This document shows positions 18,790 through 29,078 of a DNA stretch of 64,000 nt, one piece after another. The DNA comes from a virus (Duplodnaviria > Caudoviricetes): IMG/VR virus record IMGVR_UViG_3300044856_000241, positions 139,625 to 203,624 of that record. One strand, 5' to 3'. The position numbers and the translations under genes were made by a program. The notes beneath the pieces were generated by a model. The model worked only from the letters and a program-made list of their open reading frames with translations, searched no databases and was not told the DNA's origin. The stretch's first letter is position 1. Each line of letters begins with the position of its first letter.

Positions 18790-20232
18790 ATCAGTAAGAA
18801 GAAAAAAGAAATATCTCTTGAAGTAATCGGCGGTAACGCCGAAGGAGTAACAGGGTCTTGTACAAAAATAGAATTCTTTGGCAGAACAATCCTATTTGAA
18901 CTAGGTATGGTTCAGGACAATACTACGGTATTAGAAAATTATAAAGCAAATTGTGCCATTATGAATAAAGTAAAAGCTAGGTCAATAGAAATGGTTGTTG
19001 TAGGACACAATCATTGTGATCACATTGCTTTAATCCCAATGCTATTTGCTCGCGGAAATACTGATGTAAGAATTATTGTTCCGAAAAACAGTACGTCTAT
19101 CATTAGAGAAATGTGGCTGGATTGTTGCTATATTAATACAAGAGATATTGAGGCTTTAAATAGAAAAGGTGATAAATCTTATACTCCACTTTATACAGAA
19201 TATGAAGTTGAACAGGCTTTATCACATATAGAAGAAATACCAGTTGGCGAAGTAGTTACATTGGATGAAAATGTAGCAATCAGATATACACCAGCAGGTC
19301 ATATTTTATGTTCTTGTCAGACGGAATTATATATCAATGGTGGTTCTCACACTAAAAAAATCTTATTTACGTCTGATCTTGGCAATCGAATGATTGAAGA
19401 TAGAAAATTCTTTGTAGAACCGTTTGAACCAGTAGCAAATGCTCAGATTGTACTTGGCGAATGCACTTACGGCAGACGAAAAGGTTCTATGTCAAAAAAG
19501 GATATCCAGTTAGATAAAGATAAAATGAAAACTGTAATTGAGCAGTATTGTGTTGATAATAAGCATCGTGTACTAATCCCGACGTTTTCTCTCGATCGCA
19601 CCCCTTTTATTATATGGGAATTATATAAATTATTTGGAAAAGATGAGAATTTTAAAGTACCGGTGTTGGTTGACAGTCCTTTAGCAAACAGACTGCTGGA
19701 TTGTTACTCTTCTATTCTTGAAGGAGAAGCGAAAGAACAATTCGATGAGATGATGTCTTGGAGTAATCTGAGGAGAATTGTTAGCCCAGAAGAAAGTAAG
19801 GCTGCAGTTGCGGATAAAAGTGCAAAGGTTATTTTGAGTTCATCCGGGATGATTTCTGCGGGGAGATCGGTGAAGTGGTCGCAAAACATTTTGCCGAACG
19901 AAAATGATTGTATTCTCTTTATCGGATATGCTGGTGTTGATACTTTGGCATGGAAAATAAAAAACTGCCAGGATCAGAAGACAATTAATATCTGTGGGAA
20001 GCCATATGCGAATAAATGTGCAATTGTTGATTTACATTCATATTCTTCTCATATGCAGCGACAGGATTTATTGAATTACTATAAATCTATCAACACAGAA
20101 AAAATTTATCTAATTCATGGTGACAAACAGGCACGTTTGGAATTTAAGGAGGATCTTGAAAATGAACTTGAGAAAAGCTTATCTTCTGCTCGTGTTGTGA
20201 TTGTCAACAAAGGAACAAAAATTAAATTATAA
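18790..20232 (+). CDS. MBL-fold beta-CASP nuclease (RNA processing family)
   Basis: HNHCDH, AGH, SDLG, ECTYG, SSH, IHGD; probable ATC start after GAAAGGTGGT. Confidence 0.9.
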   Translation: MSKKKKEISLEVIGGNAEGVTGSCTKIEFFGRTILFELGMVQDNTTVLENYKANCAIMNKVKARSIEMVVVGHNHCDHIALIPMLFARGNTDVRIIVPKNSTSIIREMWLDCCYINTRDIEALNRKGDKSYTPLYTEYEVEQALSHIEEIPVGEVVTLDENVAIRYTPAGHILCSCQTELYINGGSHTKKILFTSDLGNRMIEDRKFFVEPFEPVANAQIVLGECTYGRRKGSMSKKDIQLDKDKMKTVIEQYCVDNKHRVLIPTFSLDRTPFIIWELYKLFGKDENFKVPVLVDSPLANRLLDCYSSILEGEAKEQFDEMMSWSNLRRIVSPEESKAAVADKSAKVILSSSGMISAGRSVKWSQNILPNENDCILFIGYAGVDTLAWKIKNCQDQKTINICGKPYANKCAIVDLHSYSSHMQRQDLLNYYKSINTEKIYLIHGDKQARLEFKEDLENELEKSLSSARVVIVNKGTKIKL

Positions 20233-20274
20233 TCCCAAATGGGAAATTTATAGAATTATGGAGGCTTTTAGCCT

Positions 20275-20925
20275 ATGGAGAAAAAGGAAAATAGTGCAGA
20301 TACATTTATTTTTGCAACAGAAGTTGAACCAATTCAAGATTTAGCAGATTTAAAACTGCCGGATCCGACATTATTGGATTATTACTTACGTAGACAAGAT
20401 AGATGTATCTTATGGAATGATGATATTGAAGATGATTTTGTGGAAATTTATCAGGACATTCTTCGATGGAATAAAGAAGATATTGGGAAAAATGTTTCTG
20501 AAATGAAACCAATCCGTGTTTATATTAATTCAGACGGTGGTAGTGTTTCTGCTGTATTTGCAATTATTGATTTACTTCTGATTAGTAAAACACCGGTAAT
20601 TACAATTGGTCTTGGTAAATGTTATTCAAGCGGTGGCTTATTGCTTATGGCTGGACAGAAAAGGCTGATGTTACCAAATTGCACTGTGCTCATTCATGAT
20701 GGTCAGAGCGGATCATATGGCGCAATCGGTAAGATGTTAGATAATTTTGAGTTTACAAAGGAACTCGAAGTAAAAATCAAGAAATATATTTTATCTCGTA
20801 CAAATATTTCTGAAGAAGAATATGATAAAAATTACCGTCGTGATTGGTGGATTTTTGCTGATGATGCGGTAGATAAATATCATATTGCGGATAAAATTGT
20901 GACTGATATTACAGAAATCATCTAA
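20275..20925 (+). CDS. ClpP-family protease
   Basis: YINSDGG, CYSSG (Ser), LIHDG (His), RDWW (Asp). Confidence 0.9.
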   Translation: MEKKENSADTFIFATEVEPIQDLADLKLPDPTLLDYYLRRQDRCILWNDDIEDDFVEIYQDILRWNKEDIGKNVSEMKPIRVYINSDGGSVSAVFAIIDLLLISKTPVITIGLGKCYSSGGLLLMAGQKRLMLPNCTVLIHDGQSGSYGAIGKMLDNFEFTKELEVKIKKYILSRTNISEEEYDKNYRRDWWIFADDAVDKYHIADKIVTDITEII

Positions 20926-21006
20926 TTACATAACGAACTATTAAGGAGAGTGTACTGCTCTCTTATTTTATTGAAAAATATTATGATTTAAAAGGAGAAA
21001 AAGGAA

Positions 21007-21228
21007 ATGGCAGCTTTTACACATAAAAGAACTGTTACTGAAACAATGAAAATTACAGGAATTATCGATACAGACCGTATGGTGATTGATGTTGATGGTG
21101 AAGAGAAAAAATTAGCTACTCTTCTGAGCGTCTTCAATGGTGGTGGAATTGAGTTAAATGTAAAAATTAAGGATGAGGAAGAACTTCCTGAGCCGACAGC
21201 AGATGAAGAAGAGTCTGATGATATGTAA
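21007..21228 (+). CDS. YonK-like small acidic protein
   Basis: LLSVFNG...VKIKDEEEL and synteny. Confidence 0.55.
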   Translation: MAAFTHKRTVTETMKITGIIDTDRMVIDVDGEEKKLATLLSVFNGGGIELNVKIKDEEELPEPTADEEESDDM

Positions 21229-21242
21229 GGCGGTGGGTTATC

Positions 21243-22220
21243 ATAGTTGATTTACATAGATTAGAAAATGAAACTGATTTTGAATGGAAGCTTCGCTGTT
21301 GTCTTGCAAAAAAGAGAAAAGAAACTGATATGGACTGGATTGAAATCAGAGATATGCTTGGGTTATCAATCACTCCAGATCAGTTACGAAAACAGGCGGT
21401 TGGATATGAAGAATATGATAATTACATTAATGGATATGGCGGTGTAGCCACAACTATTCTATCAATCTCCGACCTACATGTTCCATTCCAATTATCTTAT
21501 GAATTATTATCTAAATATCGAAATGTAGATATTCTTCAGATCAATGGCGATGTCGTTGATTGTCAAGCCCTCTCGCGTTTTCCGAAACAATATAGAATTT
21601 CACCTATGGATGAAATGATTCAGGGACGACAATATCTTATTGATTTAATCAAGTACATTAATCCTAAAAAAGTTATTTGTAACTATGGAAATCACGATGT
21701 CCGCTTTTCTAATTATTTTGCCAAAAATATTGATACCGACATTTTACAGTTACAACCAAACACTTCTCTTGAATTAATTTTTGATGATGGATTCAGAAAT
21801 TATGACAAATTGAATAAAACAAAAACATGGTACGAACCTCTTACAAATGTATTTGATGATACAGGAATTGATATCCAGTTTGTAGATGATTGGAAAGTAA
21901 AAATCGGCAAAACATGGTTTGTTCATCCGCTGTCATATCGATCAAATATTCTTGCAACAGCTGATAAAGCAAAAGATTTTCTACAGGACACTGATCCAGA
22001 ATCTTTTGATTGTGTTGTTATGGCACATACACATTCAGTTGGTGATGCTGAAAAGGGGTATATTAGATTAATCGAACAGGGTGCATTCTGTGATGTTGCA
22101 AAAATGAGATATTCTGATGGAAAATTACAAAAACCACAGAAAATGGGCTTTGCAATTATTTGTCAGGATAAAGATGGAAAATTAATCAAAGATAAAACGA
22201 AAGTGAATGTATTAGGATAA
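21243..22220 (+). CDS. calcineurin-like metallophosphoesterase (YonJ-like position), probable ATA start
   Basis: SDLH, NGDVVD, GNHD, AHTH motifs. Confidence 0.85.
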   Translation: MVDLHRLENETDFEWKLRCCLAKKRKETDMDWIEIRDMLGLSITPDQLRKQAVGYEEYDNYINGYGGVATTILSISDLHVPFQLSYELLSKYRNVDILQINGDVVDCQALSRFPKQYRISPMDEMIQGRQYLIDLIKYINPKKVICNYGNHDVRFSNYFAKNIDTDILQLQPNTSLELIFDDGFRNYDKLNKTKTWYEPLTNVFDDTGIDIQFVDDWKVKIGKTWFVHPLSYRSNILATADKAKDFLQDTDPESFDCVVMAHTHSVGDAEKGYIRLIEQGAFCDVAKMRYSDGKLQKPQKMGFAIICQDKDGKLIKDKTKVNVLG

Positions 22221-22223
22221 AAC

Positions 22224-22379
22224 ATGGAAGAAAATTATACGGAAATTCCAATGATTTCTTATGAAGATATGATTAAACATATTTCAGAGAAACATAACAT
22301 CCCAGAAGATACTGTTCAGACAGTATTAGATGCTGAAGCAGAATATCTGATGGAGCTTGGAATTATTGAAACTGAATAA
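22224..22379 (+). CDS. 51-aa acidic protein with HU-like N-terminal helices (not in ORF track)
   Basis: MEENYTEIPMISYEDMIKHISEKHNIPEDTVQTVLDAE. Confidence 0.55.
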   Translation: MEENYTEIPMISYEDMIKHISEKHNIPEDTVQTVLDAEAEYLMELGIIETE

Positions 22380-22463
22380 ATGAAGAAACGTCACCAGTTA
22401 TCAAGATATGCAAATCAAATTTTATGAGAGTTTGACCTACGGCTCAAGATGGCAGATTATAGA

Positions 22464-22574
22464 TTATTTGCTGGGTAATCTACGCCAGTGCGCTCTGACA
22501 AATTCCCATCGGTTAAGACGAAAACGCCAGTACACATGGACGAATACAATATAAGGAAAAATTTTCGCAAACAT
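22464..22574 (-). CDS. 36-aa Arg/Trp-rich peptide MFAKIFPYIVFVHVYWRFRLNRWEFVRAHWRRLPSK
   Basis: GGCAGGTGG RBS; promoter TTGTAT-17-TATAAT at 22654-22682; flanking 12-bp inverted repeat. Confidence 0.65.
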   Translation of the reverse strand: MFAKIFPYIVFVHVYWRFRLNRWEFVRAHWRRLPSK

Positions 22575-22882
22575 GTATCCACCTGCCTTTCCTAAATTTT
22601 TACAAACTTTGGAAAAACTGGTGACGTGAAGTGTAGAGAAATCTACGAGATAGATTATATCAAATTATAAAACTAAATACAAAAAAATAAAGTGTGCGGT
22701 CAGACACCCAACCAGACTCTCATAATTCGTGATCCTGGTCGCACACTTTATCTATATATTGGGCAATATCGCCCTATTTATACATGAGGGATTTGGCGGC
22801 AGATACCCTCTTTTTTGATGTGAATGGAGTTAATAACTCGAACAAAAAGAAAAATTATTTGAGAAAAAGGAGTACAAAAATT

Positions 22883-23161
22883 ATGAATAAACAGGAAATG
22901 ATCACAGAAATCAGCACAAAGGTTGGCGGTACAAAGAAAGATGCAGGAATTTACCTGGACGCAGTTGTAGAGACAATTACAGAGGCTCTGGCTAAACATG
23001 AAAAAATTGCACTGGTAGGTTTCGGTACATTTGAAGCGCGTCATCGTGATGCAAGAATTGCTCGTAATCCGCAGGATGGCACAGAGATTCAGGTTCCAGA
23101 GATGTATGTTCCTTGCTTTAAGGCAGGCAAAGCATTAAAAGATGCTGTTAAAAATGCGTAA
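22883..23161 (+). CDS. hup: HU histone-like DNA-binding protein
   Basis: MNKQEMI...LVGFGTF...ARNPQ...FKAGKALKDAV. Confidence 0.95.
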   Translation: MNKQEMITEISTKVGGTKKDAGIYLDAVVETITEALAKHEKIALVGFGTFEARHRDARIARNPQDGTEIQVPEMYVPCFKAGKALKDAVKNA

Positions 23162-23176
23162 TTAGGCGGTGTTTCT

Positions 23177-23776
23177 GTGAAAAATTCTAAAAATAAATAC
23201 GAAGATTTAACAATCATTGACTTAAATGAACGTACTGATATTGAAAATTTATTCTTTGATGAACTGGAATGTGCTGATCACACAGTAGGTATTGTAAGTG
23301 ACAGATTTCTTATCGAGTATTTGCTTGACGAAGTAATTCAGTTAGATTACACAAGTATCAATTATATTGACTTAGCACCAGACAGAATTGAGGATGAATT
23401 TATTATGTATGTAACTGCCGAAGGTTATATTACTGTTGCTCCTCTTGATGATGTTGGTTATTTATACCGACAGGAAGTTGTATTTATTGATATGGATAGT
23501 GTTGTTCAGCAGGATGTAATTGATTTATGTGTAAATGAAGATAAGGATGTTCGTTTGTTTGGACTTGCTGACGAACCGGTTGCTTGCCATTGTTGCGAAT
23601 GTGAATGTAATGATGGACGTAAGAAATTCCATATTAGCAAAGATTCTGATGGAAAATGTCATGGATTCTACGGAAGTTCATCTGGAGAAGATTTTGCTGA
23701 GAGTTATTCATACTATTCCAGCCAGGAACTGACAGATAATGATATTGTTAGGATTCTTCGTGCATTTTGGATGTAA
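23177..23776 (+). CDS. acidic hypothetical protein
   Basis: ORF track; AGGCGGTG RBS. Confidence 0.75.
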   Translation: MKNSKNKYEDLTIIDLNERTDIENLFFDELECADHTVGIVSDRFLIEYLLDEVIQLDYTSINYIDLAPDRIEDEFIMYVTAEGYITVAPLDDVGYLYRQEVVFIDMDSVVQQDVIDLCVNEDKDVRLFGLADEPVACHCCECECNDGRKKFHISKDSDGKCHGFYGSSSGEDFAESYSYYSSQELTDNDIVRILRAFWM

Positions 23777-23849
23777 AAAAATAAGATAAGGAATTTTGTG
23801 AGACTCGTAGGTAATACGGGTCTCTTTTTATTATAAGGATAAAATTTAT

Positions 23850-24649
23850 TTGATCGATTATAGAGAAAATAATAAATGGACTGTATACATCCATATTTCT
23901 CCATCTAACAAATATTATGTTGGGATTACATCACAAAAAAGAGTAAATGGTAGATGGAAAAATGGAAAAGGTTATAAGAAAAATCCACATTTTACAAGAG
24001 CTATTGAAAAATATGGATGGGACAATTTCCAACATGAAATTTTTGCTGAACATCTTACTAAAGATGAAGCATGTAATATGGAAATTACTTTAATCAAGGT
24101 ATTAAAAGCAAATGATTATCATTATGGATACAATATTTGTTCTGGGGGAGAAGGAACCACTGGGTTATATGGCGAAAAGAATCATAATTATGGTAAACAT
24201 TGGACTGATGAACAAAAGAAACGAATGAGTAATATGAAAAAGGTCAAACATGTAAATTTATCCGAAGAAGGACGAAAACATAAGGCACAATTAATGAATG
24301 ACAGATGGGCTGACCCTGAATACAGAGAGAAAATGACAGGGGAAAATGCACCTGCTTATGGTAAGACTGGTGAAAAACATCCTTTGTATGGTAAAAGAGG
24401 GCACAATGTGCTGGTTCAAAAAAGGTTATTTGCTTAAATACAAAAGAAGTTTTTGTTTCTGCAAAAGCTGCATGTGAAAACAAACATTGCAATCATTCTA
24501 AATTGTGTATGTGTTGTAGAGGTGAGAGAAAATCTTGTGGTAAAGACGAAAATGGGAATACTTTACACTGGATGTTTTATACAGACTATTTAAAGAAAAA
24601 TAACTTAACTGATAGTGAGGCTCGTAGGAGTCTCTTTTTTGTTGAATAA
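23850..24649 (+). pseudogene. GIY-YIG homing endonuclease with NUMOD repeats, frameshifted at about 24400
   Basis: VYIH...YYVGIT; shifted frame continues KKVICLNTKEVF...CCRGERKSCGK...LHWMFY to TAA at 24649. Confidence 0.8.
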
Positions 24650-24664
24650 GGAAGTGATTATAAA

Positions 24665-25708
24665 TTGATCGTAAATGTACATGCTGGACATAATCCAGCC
24701 GGACGAATTGCTTGTGGAGCAGTCGGATTATTGGATGAGTCCAAAGAAAATCGTTTAGTAAAGAACGAGCTTATTAAATATTTAAAACAGGGTGGAGTTA
24801 CAGTATACGACTGTACTGAAGATAACGGTACTTCTCAGGGTGATGTGCTGAAGAAAATTGTTGCGAAATGTAACGCCCATGCTGTAGATTGGGATTTCTC
24901 ACTCCATCTGAACTCAGGGCGCAATGATTTTAATGGAGATGGTAAACAGGCTGGAACAGAAATTCATATTAGCGCAGACAATAAAGGAAAACGTGCTGTT
25001 GCACAGAGAATTTTGGATCGTATGAAAGCAATTGGCTTTAATACTTCTCGTGGTATTAAAATTCGTAATGATTTATATGTACTAAATCATACTAATGCTC
25101 CTGCAATTCTGATTGAAATCTGTTTTGTCGATGATCGTGATGACTATAACCAGTATACGAAAGTCGGATATAAAGCAGTTGCTAAAGCTATCGCGGAGGG
25201 CATTATGAATCGTACAATCAATGACGGAACAACAACTAGTACCGTTCAAAAAGATGGTCTTGTCAATCAGCCAGCAGCTGATGGCAACTGGTATTATTAT
25301 AAAAATGGACAGGTAGCGACCGGATTTACAGGTGTTGTACAGAATGTTAATGGCTGGTTCTATGTAAGAAACGGTAAAGTTGATTTTAATGCTAATACCG
25401 TAGCCCAGAATGAGAACGGCTGGTGGAAAATCACGAATGGAGCCGTGGATTTTGACTATACAGGAATTGCTCAAAACGAAAACGGATGGTGGCGCATTGA
25501 AAAAGGAAAAGTCAACTTCAATTTTAATGGGCTTGCTCAAAATGAGAATGGTTGGTTTTATTTAAAGGGCGGAGCTGTTGACTTTACATATACAGGACTT
25601 GCAGCAAACGACCAGGGAATCTGGTATGTTAAAGATGGTAAAGTACAATTTACAAACGGAACATTTAATATTCCATGTAAATTTACCAATGGAAAGTTGA
25701 CTGTTTAG
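24665..25708 (+). CDS. N-acetylmuramoyl-L-alanine amidase (Amidase_3) with cell-wall-binding repeats; endolysin
   Basis: HAGH, SLHLN, ILIEICFVD; AQNENGWW..NGxVDF repeats. Confidence 0.92.
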   Translation: MIVNVHAGHNPAGRIACGAVGLLDESKENRLVKNELIKYLKQGGVTVYDCTEDNGTSQGDVLKKIVAKCNAHAVDWDFSLHLNSGRNDFNGDGKQAGTEIHISADNKGKRAVAQRILDRMKAIGFNTSRGIKIRNDLYVLNHTNAPAILIEICFVDDRDDYNQYTKVGYKAVAKAIAEGIMNRTINDGTTTSTVQKDGLVNQPAADGNWYYYKNGQVATGFTGVVQNVNGWFYVRNGKVDFNANTVAQNENGWWKITNGAVDFDYTGIAQNENGWWRIEKGKVNFNFNGLAQNENGWFYLKGGAVDFTYTGLAANDQGIWYVKDGKVQFTNGTFNIPCKFTNGKLTV

Positions 25709-25863
25709 GCTGATTAATAAATTAAATAATTCAGAGCGTATGGAGTAATCCATGCGCTCTTTTTAGTGGTGTGGTTTTTAGAGATGGTTCGACTCCTCTC
25801 TCACTGTTATAAGAAATCATATATTTGCCAACTTCCGGTGTCACAGCCAGTTGTGGGATTTTG

Positions 25864-25963
25864 GAATGGGAATATCAGAAGTCATGAGCTGATATAGCAG
25901 AGCATCCTTACCCGCTCTCTCCCATTCTTTTTATTAGATATGGGTAAGGACGAAAGGGTAAGG
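25864..25963 (+). ncRNA. three-way-junction leader RNA A with SD-sequestering pseudoknot
   Basis: stems GAATGGGA/TCCCATTC, ATATCAG/CTGATAT, AGAGC/GCTCT; loop TCCTTACCC complements GGGTAAGGA. Confidence 0.6.
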
Positions 25964-25973
25964 TGAATTATTT

Positions 25974-27638
25974 ATGGGATTAATATTACCACAAAAAGTA
26001 AATGTAAAATTAAATAGTAGCGCGATAAGCTATTATGAAAAATTAGGTTATACAATACCGCGTAGCAAAGATAAAGAAGGAAGACTTCGTGTTCCACAAA
26101 ATACATTATTAGAAGTTGATGTTAATGATCTTTCAAAAGGATCTAATCAACGTGTAAATGTAGAGTGTGATTGTTGTAAAAAAGAAAAAAGAATTACATA
26201 TAACAAATATAATTTAAATATAGAAAGAAATAATGGGTTATATATTTGTTCGTCAGATACAATACACAGAGATTTTAAAAATAATATATCTGTAGATAGT
26301 ATTTTAGATAAAATAAAAGAATTTTATGAGCGTAACGGTAGATTTCCTAAAACTGACGAATATACAATAGAAAATGGTTTTAATTTTTCTTATTCAATTG
26401 TACGTGATCGATTAAGAAAAGAAAACACAACTCTCAACGATGAATTAGCTAAAATAGATTGTTTTGCTATATCAAACGCAAATGTGAAATATTATGATAT
26501 TTATTTTAATAAATTAAAAAATGTTATTTATGAAAATCCAGAGATAGGTAATAATCTTTATTTGCTTTCACGAGAAGATAATTGTAGTAAATTCGGATTA
26601 CCGGATATTCGTTGGTTTATAAATAATTGCCCTGATGATACAGTAATCAACATTGACACATTTAAAAAATGGGCTGGATTATCTACAAAACACATGTCAA
26701 AAGAACAATGTAAAAAAATCATATTAGAAATGTCTAAAAATTTAAATAGACCTCTTATGTATGACGATTTTAGAGGACACAATTATGGTCAAGTTACAAT
26801 ACAGATGATTCGTGATAATTGGGGTTCTTTGAATAAAATGAAAGAAGACATTGGACTAGAAAAAAATATTGAGTCGATGATGGATAGACAATTATCAAAA
26901 GAATCATTTGATAAAATGGTTAATGATATATGCGATTTTGTTAAGAATGATAATCGTAATTTTATAACAACACGAGAAATTAATGCTCACAAAGAATGGG
27001 TAAATACAGAAACGTTGAGAAAAACTTCAAAAAAATACTATAATTGTACACTTAGAGAAATAATGAAAAAGCATGGAATTTCTTTTGGGAAACAAGGGTG
27101 TGGAATAAATTATATTTTCGATGATGGAGAACAAATTACAAGTCAATTTGAATATATGTTCTCAAATTTTTTAAAAGAATGTGGATTAAAATATAATTGT
27201 GATTATTTTAGAGACGTAAAATATTCAACTTTTATTAATGATTACCACGATAATATGAATTGCGATTATGTTATTCACCATAAAGGAATCATAATTTATA
27301 TTGAGATTGCCGGAATACTTTCCGAATATAAAAAATGGTATTATCAGAATAGGAAGATAACAAAAAGCAAACACAAAGAAAAATACCGTCAAAAATTATC
27401 TATAAAAGAATCTATGCTAAAATCTAATAATTTAATATACTTCATTTTATTTCCATGTGATTTAACAAGAGAAAATTTTGAGTCTATATTAAATAACCCG
27501 TCTATTGAATTAAGAAAACAAATTGAACAATTTAATCAAAATAATATTGACTGGGTTAAAATCAGGAACACTACGGGAGAATTAGATTATTCGAAACCAT
27601 ATTTAAAAAATACATATAAAAAGAAGCGAATTAGTTAA
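25974..27638 (+). CDS. putative free-standing homing endonuclease (zinc ribbon, repeats, C-terminal PD-(D/E)xK)
   Basis: VECDCC, FYERNGRFP, CDYVI...YIEIAG; very AT-rich. Confidence 0.65.
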   Translation: MGLILPQKVNVKLNSSAISYYEKLGYTIPRSKDKEGRLRVPQNTLLEVDVNDLSKGSNQRVNVECDCCKKEKRITYNKYNLNIERNNGLYICSSDTIHRDFKNNISVDSILDKIKEFYERNGRFPKTDEYTIENGFNFSYSIVRDRLRKENTTLNDELAKIDCFAISNANVKYYDIYFNKLKNVIYENPEIGNNLYLLSREDNCSKFGLPDIRWFINNCPDDTVINIDTFKKWAGLSTKHMSKEQCKKIILEMSKNLNRPLMYDDFRGHNYGQVTIQMIRDNWGSLNKMKEDIGLEKNIESMMDRQLSKESFDKMVNDICDFVKNDNRNFITTREINAHKEWVNTETLRKTSKKYYNCTLREIMKKHGISFGKQGCGINYIFDDGEQITSQFEYMFSNFLKECGLKYNCDYFRDVKYSTFINDYHDNMNCDYVIHHKGIIIYIEIAGILSEYKKWYYQNRKITKSKHKEKYRQKLSIKESMLKSNNLIYFILFPCDLTRENFESILNNPSIELRKQIEQFNQNNIDWVKIRNTTGELDYSKPYLKNTYKKKRIS

Positions 27639-27676
27639 TATCAATATTTCGCTTTTTTGTTAAGAGAAAAAAGGAA

Positions 27677-28708
27677 GTGAGATTATTGAACGGTAAGATT
27701 GCAGACAGATCAAACGAAATCACAGAAGAAGAATGGTTACAAGTTAATGAATTTAACAGAAGGATGGTTGACGATTACCTCAGTAATCAGACACATCTTT
27801 CACCTCAGAGTTTAACTGCATACAAGAGCGCATTAAGGATATTCTTTGTATGGGTTAAAGATAATTTAAATAATAAAAATTGTATCGAAATTCGAAAGAA
27901 AGAATTTTTACGCTATATGAATTGGCTTGCTAATAGGGGTTTTTCTGAATCTGGAATTAAATTCAAAAAATCATCTGTTAGCGCATTTAACAAGTTTATT
28001 GAGAATTTTTATGACGAAGACTATCCTCTTTTTAGAAATTACGTCACAGCAGAAATGCAAGTACCCAAAACTGGAAAAGTATTTGCAAAAGAACCGCTAA
28101 CTCCAGATGAATTAAAGCATTTATGTAATGTATTAGAAGAACGTGGAGAATGGCAAAAATTAGCTTATGTGAAATTTACATATTCAACCGGTTGTAGACG
28201 CGCGGAAAGTATGCAATTACTTAAAGAAGTTGTCAATTACGAGCCAAAACGAAAAATAGTTATAATTGTAGATGAAAATGGTAAAGAACAAGAAGCAGAA
28301 TCTGTATCATATAAAACACATGAAATTCGCTGTAAGGGAAGAAGCTCTGTTGGTAAGGTGCGTAAACTTCAGTTTGGACAAGATGTTATGGATGCATTAA
28401 AGAAATGGCTTGAAGTACGAGGTGAAGATGATTGCCCATATATGTTTGTTGTAAAACAGAAAGATGGGGAAACACACCAAGTAAGTAAAAGTGTTTTTAA
28501 TGATTGGTGTATCGGAGAATTTTCCGAAATTGTGGGAAGGAGAACTACACCACATAACTTCCGGCGGAGTCGTGCAACGAATCTAGTTTGTTATGATCAT
28601 CGTGCTTTAGAAACGGCTCAAAAATTACTTGGGCATGAATCAAGCGAAACCACACAAATGTATGTAATTCGTGAAGATTCAGAAGATGCTGATGAGGCTT
28701 TTATCTAA
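27677..28708 (+). CDS. tyrosine recombinase/integrase
   Basis: TGCRRAE, HNFRR, LLGH, TTQMY; true start may be TTG at 27686. Confidence 0.92.
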   Translation: MRLLNGKIADRSNEITEEEWLQVNEFNRRMVDDYLSNQTHLSPQSLTAYKSALRIFFVWVKDNLNNKNCIEIRKKEFLRYMNWLANRGFSESGIKFKKSSVSAFNKFIENFYDEDYPLFRNYVTAEMQVPKTGKVFAKEPLTPDELKHLCNVLEERGEWQKLAYVKFTYSTGCRRAESMQLLKEVVNYEPKRKIVIIVDENGKEQEAESVSYKTHEIRCKGRSSVGKVRKLQFGQDVMDALKKWLEVRGEDDCPYMFVVKQKDGETHQVSKSVFNDWCIGEFSEIVGRRTTPHNFRRSRATNLVCYDHRALETAQKLLGHESSETTQMYVIREDSEDADEAFI

Positions 28709-28822
28709 TCCCATAATTTTACTTATAATCAAAACTCCATACCCAAGTTTGTAAGGACGGCGTTGCGACGGCGTTCTAGTTTTGAGGGTGAATAAGAAGA
28801 GGCATTACTTCTCTTCTATTAC

Positions 28823-28910
28823 TGGTAGGTATGCAAATGGCTGAAGCAAGCGGACTGTAACTCCGTGACCCGCGTGGTAAACATTGTGAGTTCAAATCTC
28901 ACCCTCCCAA
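28823..28910 (+). tRNA. tRNA-Tyr(GTA)
   Basis: GCGGA-CTGTAAC-TCCGT, long variable arm, GTTCAAATC. Confidence 0.85.
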
Positions 28911-28997
28911 TAAAAAAAGAAGCATCTCTGCTTCTCTTCTATCTATAACAAATCTTATGTAAGAAATTATAATCCCACCAAGCTCAACAGAAAAGTG

Positions 28998-29078
28998 TTA
29001 GTTCATAAAAGTATGTACAACTTCCAGCACTAATGTTAGTGCTTTTAGCCCTAAGATGATAACTGTTAACTTCATCAT
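28998..29078 (-). CDS. 26-aa hydrophobic peptide MMKLTVIILGLKALTLVLEVVHTFMN, type I toxin-like
   Basis: AGGAGGTG RBS; promoter TTGACA-17-TATTAT at 29235-29263; terminator at about 28912-28934. Confidence 0.65.
   Translation of the reverse strand: MMKLTVIILGLKALTLVLEVVHTFMN

Noticed and set aside
22388-22627. Retron msr-msd or MITE suggested by the terminal inverted repeats
   Set aside because: No RT or target duplication; better explained as a fold-back mRNA with promoter, SD and ORF
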